Assembly: GCA_044376115.1 (NCBI GenBank)
Contig: JBILLK010000016.1
Span: 96,001 to 160,000 of the forward strand
Origin: Polyangiaceae bacterium
GTDB lineage: Bacteria; Myxococcota_A; Polyangia; Polyangiales; Polyangiaceae
Direction: 5' to 3'
DNA: 64,000 nucleotides
The translations under genes and the position numbers were made by a program. Positions within the stretch are counted from its first letter, which is position 1, and every line of letters starts with the position of its first letter. The notes beneath the pieces are model-generated. The model was not told where the DNA came from, did not search any database, and was given only the letters and a program-made list of their open reading frames with translations. Positions 9,393 through 18,761 of the stretch are shown piece after piece.

Positions 9393-9775
9393 GAGCGGTC
9401 CTTTCGTGTGCGCTTGCGGCGCGGGGTTGGGCGTTGGGTTTCATCGGGTAGGGTCGCAAGCAGTTGATCCAGCCGGTCGTAGTTGGCCTCCATCGCCGAG
9501 CGCAGCCGCTCGAGCCAACGGTCGATCTCGGAGAGGCCGCTGTGCACCAAGCGGCAGGGCCGCTTGGTGCCCTCGACCCGCCGCACAATCAGGCCGGCTC
9601 CCTCGAGCACCTTCAGGTGGCGAGAGATCGCCGGCTGCGACATCTCGAAGGGCTGCGCGAGCTCCATGACGGTGGCCTCTCCGCGTGCGAGCCGAGCGAC
9701 GATCGCTCGACGCGTTGGATCTGCGAGCGCGGCAAAGGCGCGATCGAGCTTCAGGTTCACGGCCGGTAGGGACAT
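9389..9775 (-). CDS. ArsR/SmtB family transcriptional regulator
   Basis: FAALADPTRRAIV...SQPAISRHLKVLE.AGLI; start codon uncertain. Confidence 0.92.
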   Translation of the reverse strand: MSLPAVNLKLDRAFAALADPTRRAIVARLARGEATVMELAQPFEMSQPAISRHLKVLEGAGLIVRRVEGTKRPCRLVHSGLSEIDRWLERLRSAMEANYDRLDQLLATLPDETQRPTPRRKRTRKDRS

Positions 9776-9807
9776 AACGTGATTGTTATATAACAATCAC
9801 GTTATGT
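9772..9807. promoter_or_regulatory. Perfect 36-bp palindrome, probable ArsR operator
   Basis: ACATAACGTGATTGTTATATAACAATCACGTTATGT equals its own reverse complement and overlaps the ArsR start. Confidence 0.85.
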
Positions 9808-9870
9808 AAATGGCCGCGTTTGAATCACCCGAACAAGGCTGTCCAAAGATGAAGAACGCCTACGCGTCGA

Positions 9871-12192
9871 TTAGCGGCTGGGTAGCGTCAGCTGTGGCTT
9901 GGTGGCGCACTCGAGGTTGCTGTAGCAGAACTCTTTGGAAGCGGCGCCAAGCTGCAATACGTTGTTCTGGCCCCAACAGTGAACCTCGCCGCCGTTGAGC
10001 AGTGCACAGCCGTGGTCCGAGCCGAGGGCAACCTTGATCGCGCCGGCCAAGATGGTCTGCGGCGGAGGTGGCGTGCCACCGACTGGCATCTTCTGTTCCA
10101 CAAAGCCACCGCGTCCGAGCTGGCCGAAGTCATTGTCGCCCCAGCAGGCGAGCCCCGAATTGGTGGCCGCACAGGAAAACCGCCCGCCAAGAGCAAGATC
10201 CACAGCTCCCTCGAGCGCGAGTACCGGCTCGGCCGAGAGCGCTAAGAGTTCGGCCAGCGTCGTCTGTCGTCCTTCGTGCTTGGTGATGCGCCGTGGGTCT
10301 TTGCGACCGAGCCATGCGCCTGGCTCCCCCCAACAAAGCACCTTGCCGTCTTTGCGCCGCCCACAACTCATCTCGTAGCCCAAAGCAATCTGCACGAGGT
10401 CGCTGGCGCCAGGTACCTCTCGCGGCGTCTCAATGGAAGCTGCCTTGGCTCCACCCACGGCGAAGAGCCGGTTCTTGCCCCAACAGAAGACCTTGCCCGA
10501 CCGCTGCAGTGCGCAGGCATGCATGCTCCCAACTGCCACCTGCTGGACGTCCTCGAGCCCAAGCACTGCGCCTTGCGCGTCTGTCTTTACGGTGATTCCA
10601 ACCGAACAAAGTACACGCCCGTTGGTTTTCACTACACAAAGCCCGCGCTCGGGCGAGAGCCCAACGCTCGCGATGCCTTGCCCTAGCTCTGGCCTGTCTT
10701 CGAGCAGCTTGGCGTTCAGGCCATAACATTGCAGCACTCCGTTCTTGCGCAGAGCGCAGGTGGATTGCGCCGCTGCATACACATGCGCCACGTCGTTCAG
10801 CCCCGGCACCATCACAGGACCCGAGGGCTTCATGGTCATAGCGCCCAACTGGCCCTCATACCCTCGGCCCCAGCAGGTCACCTCGCCGGAGGCGAGCAAC
10901 GCGCACGAATGAGCGCCACCTAACGCGAGCTCCACCACCGGAGAGCCGCCGGGCACGAAGGGAACGAGCGGGCTTGGCGGTACAAGGCCGCTGGGAGGCG
11001 CGCTCGGCGTGCGAGCAGTTGTCTCCGTTGTGTCAGGCTCGTCCGACGAACTCTTCTCGCGGTCTTTGCTCGAGCCGGGCGCGCGGAGCACCGTGACACC
11101 GACCGCGGCTGCAACAAGCGCTGCAGCGCCGCCGGCGAACCATACCCAGTGTACGCCCTTCTTGTGCGGGGGCGCCGGGGTTAGTGCGTGAAGTTCGGTC
11201 GCCGCGAACATCATTCCTGCGTTCGGTCCAGCCACCGTTGCGCCCATCACGTCTAGGCGCGCGGTCTCGCCCGAGAGCATCCTGTGGCTGCCGCTTTGTT
11301 CCTCGCGAAGCCCCGGCGGAATCGCTTGCTCCAAGGCCTCCCAGAGTTCACGCGCCGAGCCGAAACGATCTGCCGGTCGCTTCGCCAAGGCCTTGCTCAT
11401 CCAGCTGTCGAGTTGCCGCGGTAGTCCTGGGACCAAGGTGCTCGGCAGCGCTGGCTCGGCCTGAAAGATCTGCACGTAGAGTTTAGCGAGGCTGTCGCTT
11501 TCGAAGGGGAGCCGGCCGGTCAAACATTGGTATGCGACCACGCCCAGGGCCCATACGTCGGTGCGCGCATCGATCTCGACGCCGTCGACTTGCTCGGGGC
11601 TCATGTAGTTGGGCGTACCCATGGTGACGCCAGCGGCTGTGAGGGAAGCGTTTGTGTTCGGGGCCGAACTCGCGAGCCATGCGCGGCTCGGGGGTGCTTG
11701 TTCGGCGTGCACTTTGGCGATGCCAAAATCGAGGACCTTGATCAGGTCGCGCTCTTCGTCGCGAGCGATGAAGATATTGGCGGGCTTCAGATCGCGATGG
11801 ACCAAGCCGGCAGCGTGCGCACGACCGAGAGCCCGCGCCACGTAGCCGACGATCTCGGCGGTCTTGGTCACGCTCAGCCGTCCCTCGCGAGCCAGCCGTG
11901 CGGCCAGATCTTCACCGAGCAGAAGCTCCATCGCGATGTACGGAATGCCGTCTTGTTCGCCGTGGTCGAGCACCTGCACTACGTTGGGGGAGCGCAGCTG
12001 CGCAGCTGCTCTGGCCTCGAGTGCAAAGCGCTGACGGGCGCTGTCATCGATCGAGGTAAGCAGGAACTTCACGGCGCACGGCGTCTCGAGCCGCAGATCC
12101 TGGGCGACCCAAACCACGCCCATGCCGCCGCGACCAAGTGGCCGAACGAGCCGAAAACGTGAGGCGACGATGGTGCCGATCTCGAGCTTCAC
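9871..12192 (-). CDS. Membrane Ser/Thr protein kinase with extracytoplasmic RCC1-like repeats
   Basis: GRGGMG, AVK, HRDLKPAN, DFG, GTPNYMSPE; one TM helix; repeats such as LALGGAHSCALLASGEVTCWG. Confidence 0.92.
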   Translation of the reverse strand: MKLEIGTIVASRFRLVRPLGRGGMGVVWVAQDLRLETPCAVKFLLTSIDDSARQRFALEARAAAQLRSPNVVQVLDHGEQDGIPYIAMELLLGEDLAARLAREGRLSVTKTAEIVGYVARALGRAHAAGLVHRDLKPANIFIARDEERDLIKVLDFGIAKVHAEQAPPSRAWLASSAPNTNASLTAAGVTMGTPNYMSPEQVDGVEIDARTDVWALGVVAYQCLTGRLPFESDSLAKLYVQIFQAEPALPSTLVPGLPRQLDSWMSKALAKRPADRFGSARELWEALEQAIPPGLREEQSGSHRMLSGETARLDVMGATVAGPNAGMMFAATELHALTPAPPHKKGVHWVWFAGGAAALVAAAVGVTVLRAPGSSKDREKSSSDEPDTTETTARTPSAPPSGLVPPSPLVPFVPGGSPVVELALGGAHSCALLASGEVTCWGRGYEGQLGAMTMKPSGPVMVPGLNDVAHVYAAAQSTCALRKNGVLQCYGLNAKLLEDRPELGQGIASVGLSPERGLCVVKTNGRVLCSVGITVKTDAQGAVLGLEDVQQVAVGSMHACALQRSGKVFCWGKNRLFAVGGAKAASIETPREVPGASDLVQIALGYEMSCGRRKDGKVLCWGEPGAWLGRKDPRRITKHEGRQTTLAELLALSAEPVLALEGAVDLALGGRFSCAATNSGLACWGDNDFGQLGRGGFVEQKMPVGGTPPPPQTILAGAIKVALGSDHGCALLNGGEVHCWGQNNVLQLGAASKEFCYSNLECATKPQLTLPSR

Positions 12193-12238
12193 GCGCGCGA
12201 GCGTAGCACCGACTGCGCAGCGAAAGAGCCGACTGACC

Positions 12239-12823
12239 TCACTGCATCTGCTTCACTTCGCGGTAGTCCCCGGAGGTTTGTAAGGTGATGCTCACCTCGT
12301 TCGGACCGTCATTCTTGAAGTACCAGCCGTGGTAGCCGTTGAAGACCGCGACGATGGTGCCGTAGTCCGCGCCGGCGTTCTCGCCTTTGCCATAGCTGTG
12401 ATAGCCGCCGCGGCGCTTGTCGACGTGCGTCTCGAAGCTCACCGTGCCGCCCACGGCCGTCCACTCGAAGCTGGCCTTCGCGCCTTTTGCCATCGCAAGC
12501 TTCACCTCGACCGAGCCCGCGGGCGGAACGCGGATGGTGGTGGTGTCGGTTCGCTCTTTCGACGGCCCATCGAAGGAGAGCTTGGCCTCCTGCTCTGCGG
12601 CCTGTGCGAGCTTTTGCTTCAGCTCGCCCATCGGCGTGAGCCCGAGTATCCGCCCGAGGCCCGTCGGATCGATCGCGTACTCCGCAGGCAGCACCGCGAC
12701 CAACGTGAGGACCAGCAAGAGCGCCGCTGCGAGGGCGAGGCTGCGGAGGTTGGCTTGCGGCAATTCCTCCGGCTCGAGCGAGGCGGTGGGATCAGCTGCA
12801 TCGGTGCCAGGGCGTCTTGTCAT
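12239..12823 (-). CDS. Membrane-anchored hypothetical protein (HupE/UreJ-associated type)
   Basis: N-terminal TM then LPAEYAIDPTGLG and G.HGWY; directly downstream of the HupE/UreJ gene. Confidence 0.75.
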   Translation of the reverse strand: MTRRPGTDAADPTASLEPEELPQANLRSLALAAALLLVLTLVAVLPAEYAIDPTGLGRILGLTPMGELKQKLAQAAEQEAKLSFDGPSKERTDTTTIRVPPAGSVEVKLAMAKGAKASFEWTAVGGTVSFETHVDKRRGGYHSYGKGENAGADYGTIVAVFNGYHGWYFKNDGPNEVSITLQTSGDYREVKQMQ

Positions 12824-12832
12824 GCGTCCTCC

Positions 12833-13522
12833 TCAGCCCGCCTCGGTCCAGTAGCCGTGCAGCTGAAGGGCGGTAAGCATGAGCCCGGCCGCGAGTAGCA
12901 GCCAGTTTGCGCGTTGGGCCTGGCTGGCGAAGCTCTCGCGGTTGCGCCAAACATTCATGCCCAACAAGATCAGATACAGCGCCAGCAGCTGCCCGAGCTC
13001 GACGCCAACGTTGAACGATACGAGGTTCGTTAGCAGACCGGCCGAGTCCAGCTGGAAGTCGAGCAGTTTGGTGGCCAGCCCAAAGCCGTGACACAAGCCA
13101 AAGACCAGGGTCGCGGCTTTGGTGCTCGGTTGAAAGCCCAGCCACTTCTGCAAGCTGCCGAGATTGTCGAGCGCTTTGTAGACCACCGAGAGGCCGATCA
13201 CGGCGTCGACCAAGTAGCTATTGGCGCTGATCTCGCGCACGACGCCGAACAGCAGCGTGGCCGAGTGGCCTGCCGCAAACAGCGTTACGTACAGCGCCAC
13301 ATCCTTCATGCGACGGAGAAAGAAGATCACCCCGAACAGAAACAGCAGATGGTCGTAGCCGGTGACCATGTGCTTGGCCCCGAGATAGATGAACGGGCCT
13401 ATCAACCGGCCTGAGCTCTCTTGAATGAAAGCAGCATCGCCGTCGGCGACGCCGTGCCCCCAAGCAAGACCCGGCAGTGCGACCACGACGAGAAGTACGA
13501 TCCAGTGCAGCACTCGGCTCAC
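12833..13522 (-). CDS. HupE/UreJ family membrane protein
   Basis: Signal peptide followed by His; GAKHMVTGYDHLLFL, GHSATL, GLCHGFG, FNVGVELGQ. Confidence 0.9.
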   Translation of the reverse strand: MSRVLHWIVLLVVVALPGLAWGHGVADGDAAFIQESSGRLIGPFIYLGAKHMVTGYDHLLFLFGVIFFLRRMKDVALYVTLFAAGHSATLLFGVVREISANSYLVDAVIGLSVVYKALDNLGSLQKWLGFQPSTKAATLVFGLCHGFGLATKLLDFQLDSAGLLTNLVSFNVGVELGQLLALYLILLGMNVWRNRESFASQAQRANWLLLAAGLMLTALQLHGYWTEAG

Positions 13523-13578
13523 CGGCGCAGGCTATCGCTTCTCGGCCGTCCTCCAAAGACTCGCGCGCGCGTGATGGC

Positions 13579-14616
13579 CTATCGAAAGCTGAGACGGCTC
13601 AGCTTCTTGGTTTGCGGCGTGCCCTCGTGATGCAGGTAAAAGACGCTGGCGTCGGGCCCTGCGAGCTTGAAGAAGAGCTCGAGATCCTCGACCGAAGGGT
13701 CCTTCTCGTTACTCTGCACCGGCCACATCGGTGCGGTCAGCTTCATCGCTGCGCGGTCCTGCTCGAGGCGTTCCATGCTGGCTCGCACTCCGCCTGGCCA
13801 GCCGAAGGCGTAGTAAACCTGCGGTAAGAACGCGTCCCCACAGTGCTTGTCGAACGCGGCGTAGGGAAAGGTCTTGTTGGGCTTGAGCCAACCAAACGTG
13901 GTGTAGCCGAGCTTCTTCCGCGGCAGCTTCTTGCGCAACGCCGTGCACAACGAGGCCGCTTCCTTCGGACGGTCTTTGAACTCGACTTCGGCGTCGACGA
14001 TTACGCCGGTTACCTCCGGCACATTGGCGACTTCCACCATCGCTTTCACCTGCTCCTCGAGCGAGCCCCAGGTCTTGCCGTCTTGGTCCGGAATGTCCGG
14101 CGAGTAGAAGTAGCCAAACAGCCAAACCTCGATGCCACGGTCGGTGAAGAGCTTGAGGTTCTCGCGCCGCGCGTTCTCCGACCAACGTTTGGAGGGAGCG
14201 CCGTTGGTGCCTTTGATGAACACCCGTGAGACTCCGGCTGCCGCCAAAATCTCCGCCGACTTCTCGGCGCTCGGGCCACGTTTGTCGAACTCCCAGAGCC
14301 AGACGCCGCGGCGGTTTGGTTGCGCGGTGGGCTTGTCTGCGGCACTGGCAGTCGCGGTCGCGGTCGCGGTCGCGGATACGGCTGGAGCAGGCGAGCTAGC
14401 GGCGCTTGGGGCGGCGGAGCTGCTGGTGTTGGAGGTGGCGCTCGTGTTGGTGGCGCCGGTTCCGGAAGCCGCTGCATCGGCTCGTGCGGCGCTCCGCGCG
14501 GGCGCATTGCGCGGTCTCGCTGCAGCGCTGCTGCTCGCCTGGGGCGTTGGCTCGTCGCACGCGGCCAGCGCGAGCAAGAGCGTCAAGGCCACCACCCAGC
14601 CGTGCGCGTTGCTCAC
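13579..14616 (-). CDS. Lipoprotein with Ala/Ser/Thr linker and possible glycoside-hydrolase-like TIM barrel
   Basis: Lipobox LAAC; low-complexity linker; RGVWLW...VFIKG...GVIVDAE...PQVY; GTGA overlap with the mfd stop. Confidence 0.6.
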   Translation of the reverse strand: MSNAHGWVVALTLLLALAACDEPTPQASSSAAARPRNAPARSAARADAAASGTGATNTSATSNTSSSAAPSAASSPAPAVSATATATATASAADKPTAQPNRRGVWLWEFDKRGPSAEKSAEILAAAGVSRVFIKGTNGAPSKRWSENARRENLKLFTDRGIEVWLFGYFYSPDIPDQDGKTWGSLEEQVKAMVEVANVPEVTGVIVDAEVEFKDRPKEAASLCTALRKKLPRKKLGYTTFGWLKPNKTFPYAAFDKHCGDAFLPQVYYAFGWPGGVRASMERLEQDRAAMKLTAPMWPVQSNEKDPSVEDLELFFKLAGPDASVFYLHHEGTPQTKKLSRLSFR

Positions 14617-17600
14617 GTTTCCGGCTTCAAACAGAGCGCCAGATCGGCGAGCAGGCGGTCCGCCGACTCGAGCCCGCTGCGAATGTCCTCGTTCGGCTGC
14701 GTGCGCCGGGTGAGCCGCATGTCGGGCGTGAGTTTGTAGGGCGAGTTCTTCTTCGAAACGAGGCCGAGCACCTTCTCGATGTCGAGCGGCGTGTCTTCGG
14801 AGATGTGCGCTGTCGCGCTCTTCTTCGTCGCTTCAAGGCCGAGCACGCGCATTTGCCGCAGCTCGGTCTTGAGCCGCATCAAGGTGAGGAAACGCTTGGC
14901 GGCGAGCGGCGGTGCACCGAAGCGCTCCTCCATCTCATTGCCGATCTCGACCACCTCGCCATCGCCCTCGGCGCTGGCTAGCCGCTTGTAGAGCGAGAGT
15001 CGCACGCCGATGTCTTCGATGTAGTCCTCGGGCAAGAGCGCCTCGTCGTCGATCGATATCTCCGGATCGATCGCGGCCTTCTTGGGTTGCCCTTGCAGCT
15101 CGAGCACGGCCTCTTCGAGCATGGTGCAGAAAAGCTCGAAGCCGACGGCGGAGGCGGTACCACTCTGTGACGAGCCCAAGAGATCGCCTGCGCCGCGCAG
15201 CTCCAGATCCAACGAAGCGACACGAAAGCCGCTGCCGAGCTCGGTGTGCTGCTCGATCGCCAACACGCGCAGTCGCGCTTCATCGCTCATGCGGTCCACT
15301 GGCGGCACCACCAAGTAGGCGTAGGCTCGCTCGCGCGCCCGGCCGACCCGGCCGCGAAGTTGATACAGCTGGGCCAAGCCGAACATGTCGGCTCGGTCGA
15401 TGATGATGGTGTTGGCGCGCGGAATATCCAGCCCGCTCTCGACGATCGCCGTGGTGCACAGAATGTCGTAATGACCGTCGACGAAGTCCACCATCGTCCG
15501 CTCGAGGGCGGCCTCGCTCATCTGCCCGTGGGCAACGGCGATGCGAGCGCGCGGCACCAGCTCAGCCAAGCGAGCGGCCTTTTCATGGAGGTCGGCCACG
15601 CGGTTGTAGACGTAGAAGACCTGCCCACCGCGCTCGAGTTCACGGGCCACCGCCTCGCGCAGTACGGCCGGATCATCGCGGGTAACGATGGTGCGAATGG
15701 CGCGGCGATCCACCGGCGGCGTGGTGATCACCGACATGTCGCGCAGCCCCGATACAGCCATTTGCAAGGTGCGCGGAATGGGCGTGGCGGTGAGCGTGAG
15801 CACGTCCACGTTGGTGCGCAGCTGCTTGATGCGCTCCTTGTGAACCACGCCGAAGCGCTGCTCTTCATCGACGATCAACAGGCCGAGCTTCTTCCAGAAG
15901 ACGTCTTTGGAGAGCAGCCGGTGAGTGCCGACCACGATGTCCACCGAGCCCTCCTTCATGCGCCGCATCAGCTCGCTCTCGTCCGCCTTCTTGGTGAAGC
16001 GCGAGAGCGCGCGTACCTCGAGCGGGTGGTTCTGCATGCGGGCGCTGAAGTTGAGGAAGTGCTGTTGCGCGAGGATGGTGGTGGGGCACAAGACGGCGAC
16101 CTGCCGACCGGCCGAGGCTGCGCGGAAGGCCGCTCGGATCGCAACTTCGGTCTTGCCGAATCCGACGTCTCCACAAACCAGCCGGTCCATCGGGATGGGC
16201 CGCTCGAGGTCCCCTTCGACGTCTTGGATCGCGCGCGCTTGGTCCTTCGTCTCCTCGTAGGGGAAGGTCGCCTCGAAGGCGCGATAGCCATCGTCGGGGG
16301 CGCTGAAGGGAGGCCGTTCGGCGCTCTTGCGCTCGGCGTAGAGCCGCAGAAGCTCATCGGCCATTTGCCGAACTTCACGTTGCGCCCGAGCCTTCGTCTT
16401 GGCGAAGGTTTGTCCGCCCAGTTTGTCGAGCCGCGGCGTGCCTTCTCCGCCCGAGAACTTCTGGATTTGGTTCAGCCGGTAGACGGGCAGGTACAGTTTG
16501 TCGCTGCCGCCGTACTCGACCACGATCAGATCCACCGTGTGCCCAGCCACGGCCTGATGAATCAGCCCGGCGTAACGGCCAACCCCGTGCTCGACGTGCA
16601 CGACGAAGTCCCCGACCGCCAGGCTCTTGAGATCCTCGAGGAAGGCGCGCGCTGGGTTGCCGGCTTTGGCGCTGCGTTTGGCGCGGGCTTTGACGCGTGA
16701 ACGAGTGCCGAAGATCTCGTCCTCGGTGATGAAGGCGAGCTCGAGTTTGGGCGCGACCAGCCCGCGTGAGAGTGTGCCGCGTACGAGCTCGATCGAGTGG
16801 TGGAGTTCGCGGTCTTTGTGCGCGAGCAGGCTGGAGATGCGATCCCGCTGCGTCTCGGTGCGAGCCACGATGGTGGTCTTGAAGCCTTTGCGTTGGTAGT
16901 GCTCGAGCTCGAGCACGAGCGGCGCAAGCGCCTGATCTTTTCCGCGCCTTTGCGCCTCCCGCACGCGGTCCACGAGGCCGCCTTGATCGAAGCTGTACAG
17001 CGTCGGCAAATCGGGCGGAAAATCGAGCAGGTCCGCGGGCAAGGAGACCGCCGGCACGTTGTCCACCGCTGACTCGAGCAAGGCCAGCTTGGGCCTTTGT
17101 TGCAAGGCCGCGCGGATGGCCGCTGGCTCGGCGAAGAACGCTTCAAGAGGGAAGGTCGGATCGAGCGTGCGCTCCTCGCGAGCACGCCTCGCTTCCTCAC
17201 GTACCTCGGCGATCGCCCGCTCGGCGCCGGCCGGATTGACGAAGACGAAGACCGCATCGCTCGGCAAAAACTCGAACAGCGGCACTGTGTCGACGAAGGC
17301 CGGCGTATAGCCGTCGCTGCCGAAGAACGAACGCCCCGAGGTGACGTCCTCGATCAAGGCGCGCGCTTTGGCCGAGGGCACGTTCACCGCGTCACAAAGC
17401 TCGGCCACGCGGGCACGCGCGCGTTGCACTGCCGCTGGCGCCAGCGGTGCTTCACGGTTCAATCCGAACAGCACTTCGCTGACCTCCTCGGCCGAACGCT
17501 GGGTCTCCGGATCGAAGTTCTTGATCGACATCACCCCATCGCCGAAGCACTCGATGCGCACCGGCAAGGAGCGCCCGCCGGGCCAGCCGTCGATGATGCC

Positions 17601-18212
17601 GCCGCGCACGGCGAACGTGCCCGGATCTTCCACCACCGGCGCGCGCGCGTAACCCGCAGCGGTGAGCCCGCGAATCAGCGCGTCCCGGTCGATGTCGTCG
17701 TTGGTGCGGACCAGCGTGCGGTGCTCGCGCAAGACCGATGGCGGGGGCACCAGCCGCGCTAGCGCCGGCGCCGTCAGAATCAGCGCAGCCAGCGGAGCTT
17801 GGCGCTCGAGATGATCGAGCACGGCCAGCCGCAGCTCTGCGGCGCGCCGATCGGCGTTGATGTCGGCGTACGGCGTGGCTTCGTTGTGCAAGAAGCTCTT
17901 CACCGCAGCGCCCTCCGGCAAGAAGAAGCGTACGTCGCCCTCGAGGCTCTCCACGTCGTCGGCGTTGGGCGCGACCACCACCACCGGCTTGCCTTGCGCC
18001 GCGAGCGCGCGCACCACCAGCGCTGCGGCTGAGCCACGCACCCCCGTGGCGATCACGGCGCTCGAGCCCAGCCGCGCGACCAGCTCGTCGGGCGTTACCG
18101 CTTCACGTGGCGCCTCGTAGGTCTCGTAGGCCGCGAGCCGCTGATCCTTCAGCAGCGCGTGCAGATCTCCAACGGCGTCCTCTAGCGTTGCGTTCGTCGA
18201 TTCGTCGTTCAC
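14613..18212 (-). CDS. mfd: Transcription-repair coupling factor Mfd
   Basis: UvrB-like N-terminus (PGTFAVRGGIID), CarD-like RID (VVHVEHGVGRY), CGDVGFGKTEVA, DEEQRFGV, TATPIPRTL, QLRGRVGR, TRCF C-terminus. Start uncertain (GTG at 18212 chosen). Confidence 0.97.
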   Translation of the reverse strand: MNDESTNATLEDAVGDLHALLKDQRLAAYETYEAPREAVTPDELVARLGSSAVIATGVRGSAAALVVRALAAQGKPVVVVAPNADDVESLEGDVRFFLPEGAAVKSFLHNEATPYADINADRRAAELRLAVLDHLERQAPLAALILTAPALARLVPPPSVLREHRTLVRTNDDIDRDALIRGLTAAGYARAPVVEDPGTFAVRGGIIDGWPGGRSLPVRIECFGDGVMSIKNFDPETQRSAEEVSEVLFGLNREAPLAPAAVQRARARVAELCDAVNVPSAKARALIEDVTSGRSFFGSDGYTPAFVDTVPLFEFLPSDAVFVFVNPAGAERAIAEVREEARRAREERTLDPTFPLEAFFAEPAAIRAALQQRPKLALLESAVDNVPAVSLPADLLDFPPDLPTLYSFDQGGLVDRVREAQRRGKDQALAPLVLELEHYQRKGFKTTIVARTETQRDRISSLLAHKDRELHHSIELVRGTLSRGLVAPKLELAFITEDEIFGTRSRVKARAKRSAKAGNPARAFLEDLKSLAVGDFVVHVEHGVGRYAGLIHQAVAGHTVDLIVVEYGGSDKLYLPVYRLNQIQKFSGGEGTPRLDKLGGQTFAKTKARAQREVRQMADELLRLYAERKSAERPPFSAPDDGYRAFEATFPYEETKDQARAIQDVEGDLERPIPMDRLVCGDVGFGKTEVAIRAAFRAASAGRQVAVLCPTTILAQQHFLNFSARMQNHPLEVRALSRFTKKADESELMRRMKEGSVDIVVGTHRLLSKDVFWKKLGLLIVDEEQRFGVVHKERIKQLRTNVDVLTLTATPIPRTLQMAVSGLRDMSVITTPPVDRRAIRTIVTRDDPAVLREAVARELERGGQVFYVYNRVADLHEKAARLAELVPRARIAVAHGQMSEAALERTMVDFVDGHYDILCTTAIVESGLDIPRANTIIIDRADMFGLAQLYQLRGRVGRARERAYAYLVVPPVDRMSDEARLRVLAIEQHTELGSGFRVASLDLELRGAGDLLGSSQSGTASAVGFELFCTMLEEAVLELQGQPKKAAIDPEISIDDEALLPEDYIEDIGVRLSLYKRLASAEGDGEVVEIGNEMEERFGAPPLAAKRFLTLMRLKTELRQMRVLGLEATKKSATAHISEDTPLDIEKVLGLVSKKNSPYKLTPDMRLTRRTQPNEDIRSGLESADRLLADLALCLKPET

Positions 18213-18271
18213 GTCAGGGTCTTCGCGGGTCGAGCATGCCGAGTACGCCGGCATCCGAGGGAGGCTCTCAC

Positions 18272-18679
18272 CTAGTTCAGTCGGTTCTTGTCTTCCGGCG
18301 CAGCGGGCTCCGGCGTGCCGAAGATCTGCTCCCAACCCGAGCGATAGGCGTCGGTGCTGATCTTGGCCGGGCCTTTCCCTCGCGGACGGTCCTCGCTCGG
18401 ACGTTGGGCCTGCGGTCCCCGCGCGAGCACCTCCACGTCAAAAGCGCGCTCATGATCGGCGCGCGGCGTGAGTTTGACGAGCTCACCCATGATCGGCTGC
18501 CCATCGACGGGGGCGCGTAGCTCACCGGCCTCGATACGATCCTCGCGTAGCCGGACGATCGACACGCCTTTGCCATCTTCCGATGGACCACCCACGACGA
18601 TCACGTCGGAAGAGGGCGTTTCCGCGGGTTTGGCTGCGGTGAGGCTTGTGGGTTTGGTCCCGTCACCCTTTGCGGTCAT
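18272..18679 (-). CDS. Small hypothetical protein
   Basis: Plausible ORF upstream of mfd ending with GPAKISTDAYRSGWEQIFG. Confidence 0.7.
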   Translation of the reverse strand: MTAKGDGTKPTSLTAAKPAETPSSDVIVVGGPSEDGKGVSIVRLREDRIEAGELRAPVDGQPIMGELVKLTPRADHERAFDVEVLARGPQAQRPSEDRPRGKGPAKISTDAYRSGWEQIFGTPEPAAPEDKNRLN

Positions 18680-18761
18680 GCAGCTCACAGCCTAGCAGGG
18701 TTGGTGGGAAATTTGGCCCAACCCGGCGTGATTCCCTAAGCGGGGGCTTGAGGAGAAACCC

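Noticed and set aside
15246..16700. 484-aa plus-strand ORF (also 20118-21500, 28938-30074, 41399-42970)
   Set aside because: Antisense or off-frame shadows of well-supported genes (mfd, PilZ/patatin, kinase, mrdA).
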